Origin: Candidatus Woesebacteria bacterium GW2011_GWA1_44_23
GTDB lineage: Bacteria; Patescibacteriota; Microgenomatia; UBA8517
Direction: 5' to 3'
DNA: 64,000 nucleotides
Assembly (NCBI GenBank): GCA_001001045.1
Contig: LCIL01000005.1
Coordinates: 21,409 to 85,408, forward strand
Shown here: piece by piece, positions 60,883 to 64,000 of the stretch
How the letters are laid out: each line of letters begins with the position of its first letter
How positions within the stretch are numbered: position 1 is the stretch's first letter
The notes under the pieces: generated by a model
What the model was told of the DNA's origin: nothing
Databases searched by the model: none
The model's input: the letters and a program-made list of their open reading frames with translations, nothing else
Translations under genes and position numbers: made by a program

Positions 60883-62190
60883 TTATCTGAAGAGTTGTTT
60901 GATTGCAGCCCCCACATACTTTACCTCTTTTGATGTAATTGCAATAGTAAACCCGAGTCTTTTTGACTCTTTTATCCTTTTGTCCTGCGCCACCACTTCC
61001 CGGACCTCTCCCAGAAGGCCCACCTCCCCAACCGCGATAACTTTTCCTGAGACTGGTTTATCAAAATAGCTTGAAGCCACTGCCAAGCAGATGGAAAGAT
61101 CACTCGCCGGTTCCGTCACCTTAAGTCCCCCCGCTACGTTTACAAAGACATCGTAATCATAAACAGGGAGACCGCAACGACGTGTCAGTACGGCAAGCAG
61201 CAGTTCAAGACGCCTCGAGTCAATTCCTTGTGCAACTCGCCTTGGAATGGCCAACTTTGTGGGCACAACAAGTGCCTGAATTTCCACCAAAAGCGGCCGT
61301 GTTCCCTGCATAACACTCGTTGCAATACTCCCCGAAACATTCTTTACCCCCTTCTCCAGAAATGCTTTTTCGATATCGTCAACGGGCATAAGTCCCCTGT
61401 CCTGCATCTCGAAAACCCCCACTTCGTCAGTCGGCCCGAACCTGTTTTTAACGGCCCGCAGCACGCGAGTTGTGAGTGTTTTATCCCCTTCAAACCACAG
61501 GACGGTATCTACTATATGAGCAAGCACCGCGGGTCCCGCAACCGTACCTTCTTTGGTAACATGTCCAACCAGGAAAAGAGGAATATTCTTCTCTTTTGCG
61601 GCCTTGAGGAGCCTGAATGTGCACTCGCGAACCTGTCCTACCGATCCTGCCATACCTGACAGGTCCGATGTAGTCATTGTTTGGATAGAATCGACAATAA
61701 CGGCTGAGGGGCTTTCGATCGAATCGATTACCGTATCCACATCTGTATTCTCCAAAAGGTTAATTCCACTTTTTTTGATACCAAGCCTCATAGCCCGGAC
61801 CTTGATTTGGCTCACAGATTCCTCCCCACAAACATAGAGAACATTGTCAAGGTTTTCCGAAAGCTGAAGAAGAAGTGTCGATTTACCTATTCCGGGCTCT
61901 CCCGCAACAAGTACGACCTGCCCCGGCACGAGTCCCCCTCCAAGCACCCTGTCAAGCTCGGAGATCTTGGTGGAAACGCGCTTCGTGGCAGCGTTTTTTA
62001 TATCCGAAAGTTTTATGGTTTTTGCCTGTTTTGCTGTTCCCTGACCACGGCTTGTCTTTACAGATTTGGTCCCCGTTTCAATGACAGTCTCAACAAGGCT
62101 GTTCCAGGTTCCGCACTCGGGACATTTGCCCATCCAGCCGGCAGACTCGTAACCACATTGCTGGCAGACATATTTGGAGTGAAGTGACAT
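60883..62190 (-). CDS. radA: DNA repair protein RadA/Sms
   Basis: CQQC...CPEC zinc finger, GEPGIGKST, KNRFG, Lon-like C-terminus. Confidence 0.97.
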   Translation of the reverse strand: MSLHSKYVCQQCGYESAGWMGKCPECGTWNSLVETVIETGTKSVKTSRGQGTAKQAKTIKLSDIKNAATKRVSTKISELDRVLGGGLVPGQVVLVAGEPGIGKSTLLLQLSENLDNVLYVCGEESVSQIKVRAMRLGIKKSGINLLENTDVDTVIDSIESPSAVIVDSIQTMTTSDLSGMAGSVGQVRECTFRLLKAAKEKNIPLFLVGHVTKEGTVAGPAVLAHIVDTVLWFEGDKTLTTRVLRAVKNRFGPTDEVGVFEMQDRGLMPVDDIEKAFLEKGVKNVSGSIATSVMQGTRPLLVEIQALVVPTKLAIPRRVAQGIDSRRLELLLAVLTRRCGLPVYDYDVFVNVAGGLKVTEPASDLSICLAVASSYFDKPVSGKVIAVGEVGLLGEVREVVAQDKRIKESKRLGFTIAITSKEVKYVGAAIKQLFR

Positions 62191-62216
62191 CTCGGCTCAA
62201 TAATACCACAAAGGGG

Positions 62217-63332
62217 TTATTTGTATCCTACCGGGACTGAGGTTAAAACGAGGCCCAGAGCAATCCTTTTATCTTTTAAATTAACTTCCTCAATTGTGCA
62301 TTTGACTTCTGCCCCAACCGAAAGCTTATAAGCAGGAGGGATTTGAGTAATGTGGATCAAGCCCTCAACCCCCGGTTCAAGCTCAACAAACGCTCCAAAA
62401 TCACTGATCCGGACAATCTTACCCGTAACTTTATCCTCAGATTTATACTTTTTCGGAACTTCCTCCCAGGGATCTTTCTTAGCCTGTTTAATGGAAAATG
62501 CAAGTTTTCCCTCGTGTGCAGCCAGAACCTTCACCTGGACCTGGTCACCTTCGTGAATAACATCGGATGGAAGGTTAACTCTCGAGAAGGAAAGCTCGGA
62601 AACATGGACCAGGCCTTCTACTTCTGCTTTTTGCTTTTTAGCGCTCTTCGCTGTCGCCACCGGGACCTCAATTTTTACAAAAGCGCCGAAAGGAGCGACG
62701 GTTGTGACAACTCCCTCGTAAACTTCCCCTTCTTTGATCTTTTTCAAAGCTTCTTTTACTAGTGCGATATTCCCTGCTTCCGACACTTCCTTCTCGGATA
62801 GAACTACTTTTTTGTTCATTTTATCAACCTCCATGACGCGGGCTTTAAAGTACTTGCCGACCAAATTCTGAGGATTCCCGGTGATTTCCTTCCCAAGTTG
62901 GGAGGTTGGAATAAACCCTTCAATCCCCATAACGTCCACTACAAACCCGGGGGTACTTACTCCCTTGCCAAAAACAGGAACCGCTTCTCCGGATTTTTTG
63001 CAAGCTTCCAATTTTTCCCAGGAGATATCCTTCATGGCATCTTTAAGACCCAAAATTGTGGTTCCCTCGCGGGTTTCCGGCACCAAAATGGTAACCATTA
63101 CATCATCGCCCACCTTAATGCCTTCAATGAATTCTTTGGCGTCGGTGTAGCCTTTTTCCTTAACAATTCCTTCGGATTTGCCGCCGATATCAAAAAGGAT
63201 TACGGAATCCGTTTTGGAAAGGACTTTGGCAACGACTCTCTGCCCTTTCGTGAATGTTTGGACCTTATTCTTGGCACGAGCGAGGAGCTCCGCCATGGTT
63301 ACTGCCTTAGTTGAAGTTGTTTTTGTAGTCAC
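62217..63332 (-). CDS. rpsA: 30S ribosomal protein S1 (short, 4 S1 domains)
   Basis: DIGGKSEG, GFIPTSQL, FGAFV...EGLVHVSELS, FGAFVELEPGVEGLIHITQI. Confidence 0.9.
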   Translation of the reverse strand: MTTKTTSTKAVTMAELLARAKNKVQTFTKGQRVVAKVLSKTDSVILFDIGGKSEGIVKEKGYTDAKEFIEGIKVGDDVMVTILVPETREGTTILGLKDAMKDISWEKLEACKKSGEAVPVFGKGVSTPGFVVDVMGIEGFIPTSQLGKEITGNPQNLVGKYFKARVMEVDKMNKKVVLSEKEVSEAGNIALVKEALKKIKEGEVYEGVVTTVAPFGAFVKIEVPVATAKSAKKQKAEVEGLVHVSELSFSRVNLPSDVIHEGDQVQVKVLAAHEGKLAFSIKQAKKDPWEEVPKKYKSEDKVTGKIVRISDFGAFVELEPGVEGLIHITQIPPAYKLSVGAEVKCTIEEVNLKDKRIALGLVLTSVPVGYK

Positions 63333-63396
63333 TAATCATTACCGCCTTTCTTTTGTAATACAGGTATTGTACGCCTAAAAACTAAAACTGACAAGG

Positions 63397-63449
63397 GAAA
63401 AAAGAAAAATCCGCCTGCAGGGGTGTGTTGAAAATACCCTTACAGGCGG
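63397..63449 (-). terminator. Intrinsic terminator
   Basis: Minus-strand CCGCCTGTAAGGGTAT...CACCCCTGCAGGCGG followed by ATTTTTCTTTTTT. Confidence 0.6.
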
Positions 63450-63470
63450 CAACTTGCAAAAAAAGGATTG

Positions 63471-63770
63471 TTACAGGTGTTTGGCTTGGTTTTTAAACCA
63501 ATTTCGAATCTCTGGCCAAAGAGCCCATATCCAAATCAATACGACTCCTATTACCATAATGAGTAAACCCGATAGGGTTTTACCATAACGGTCAAGGATA
63601 AAACCAACGATTAGTGATGCAAACATCACAACGACTGGCCAATCCTTCTGCATTTTTCCTCCTTGTGTCTTCAGGTTTGCCCAAATTGTCTTGGGAAACT
63701 TGCTGTTAAAAAAATGCCAGAATACGATTACAAAGATAATGTACGCGATCAAGACTTCCTGTTCGGTCAT
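63471..63770 (-). CDS. Small hypothetical membrane protein
   Basis: GGAGG RBS before MTEQEV; three hydrophobic segments. Confidence 0.5.
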   Translation of the reverse strand: MTEQEVLIAYIIFVIVFWHFFNSKFPKTIWANLKTQGGKMQKDWPVVVMFASLIVGFILDRYGKTLSGLLIMVIGVVLIWIWALWPEIRNWFKNQAKHL

Positions 63771-63833
63771 TCTTCCTCCTTTTGCAAAGTCAAAGAACAT
63801 CATATCGGCGATATGATTGTGGGAATTTTCCCA

Positions 63834-63861
63834 CAAAAAACCCCGATTTACAAATCGGGGT
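63834..63861 (-). terminator. rRNA operon terminator
   Basis: ACCCCGATTT-GT-AAATCGGGGT followed by TTTTTT on the minus strand, just downstream of 5S. Confidence 0.75.
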
Positions 63862-63881
63862 AATTTGTTTCAAGACATTGT

Positions 63882-63997
63882 TCTGGCGATGAGATATTTT
63901 CGCGCTCAGTTGCCCGAGGACTATCGTCTCCGCTAAAGTGTTTCACTTCTGAGTTCGGAAAGGGATCAGGTGGGACCACTTTGCACTAATCACCAGA
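63882..63997 (-). rRNA. rrf: 5S rRNA
   Basis: TCTGGTGATT...CCACCTGATCCCTTTCCGAACTCAGAAGTGAAAC...ATCGCCAGA; conserved CCGAAC loop and terminal helix. Confidence 0.93.
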
Positions 63998-64000
63998 AAA

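Overview
Bacterial chromosomal window with the gene content of a Patescibacteria/CPR (Microgenomates-like) genome. That assignment is inferred from the split ComEC, short S1, giant surface proteins and small tRNA synthetases. Both ends are housekeeping: argS, comEC/comEA and leuS on the left; tRNA-Ala, a LysM-M23 peptidase, rho, a sortase, radA, rpsA and 5S rRNA on the right. The middle ~45 kb encodes cell-surface structures. (1) A WxL/DUF916-like surface cluster. (2) A protein made only of integrase N-terminal SAM-like domains, followed by a ~3250-aa fibre-like protein that itself starts with an integrase SAM-like domain. (3) The best candidate for an undescribed system, ~26.2-51.8 kb. It has two copies of a cassette [RAYT/Y1 HUH-transposase domain fused to a TM helix and SH3 domain + membrane protein with an internal twin-arginine signal], a glycosyl/methyltransferase cluster with three enzymes carrying ppGalNAc-transferase-like motifs, and two signal-peptide-less mucin-like (Ser-Pro-Ser-X)n proteins that share a promoter and a C-terminal domain. 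That domain also occurs as a stand-alone gene directly before tatA-tatA-tatC and a sugar epimerase. It resembles a Tat-coupled analogue of accessory-Sec serine-rich glycoprotein loci (inference). Several genes, including essential argS and leuS, carry abrupt deletions or frameshifts that are probably assembly artefacts. All family assignments come from motif recognition by eye; no database searches were run.
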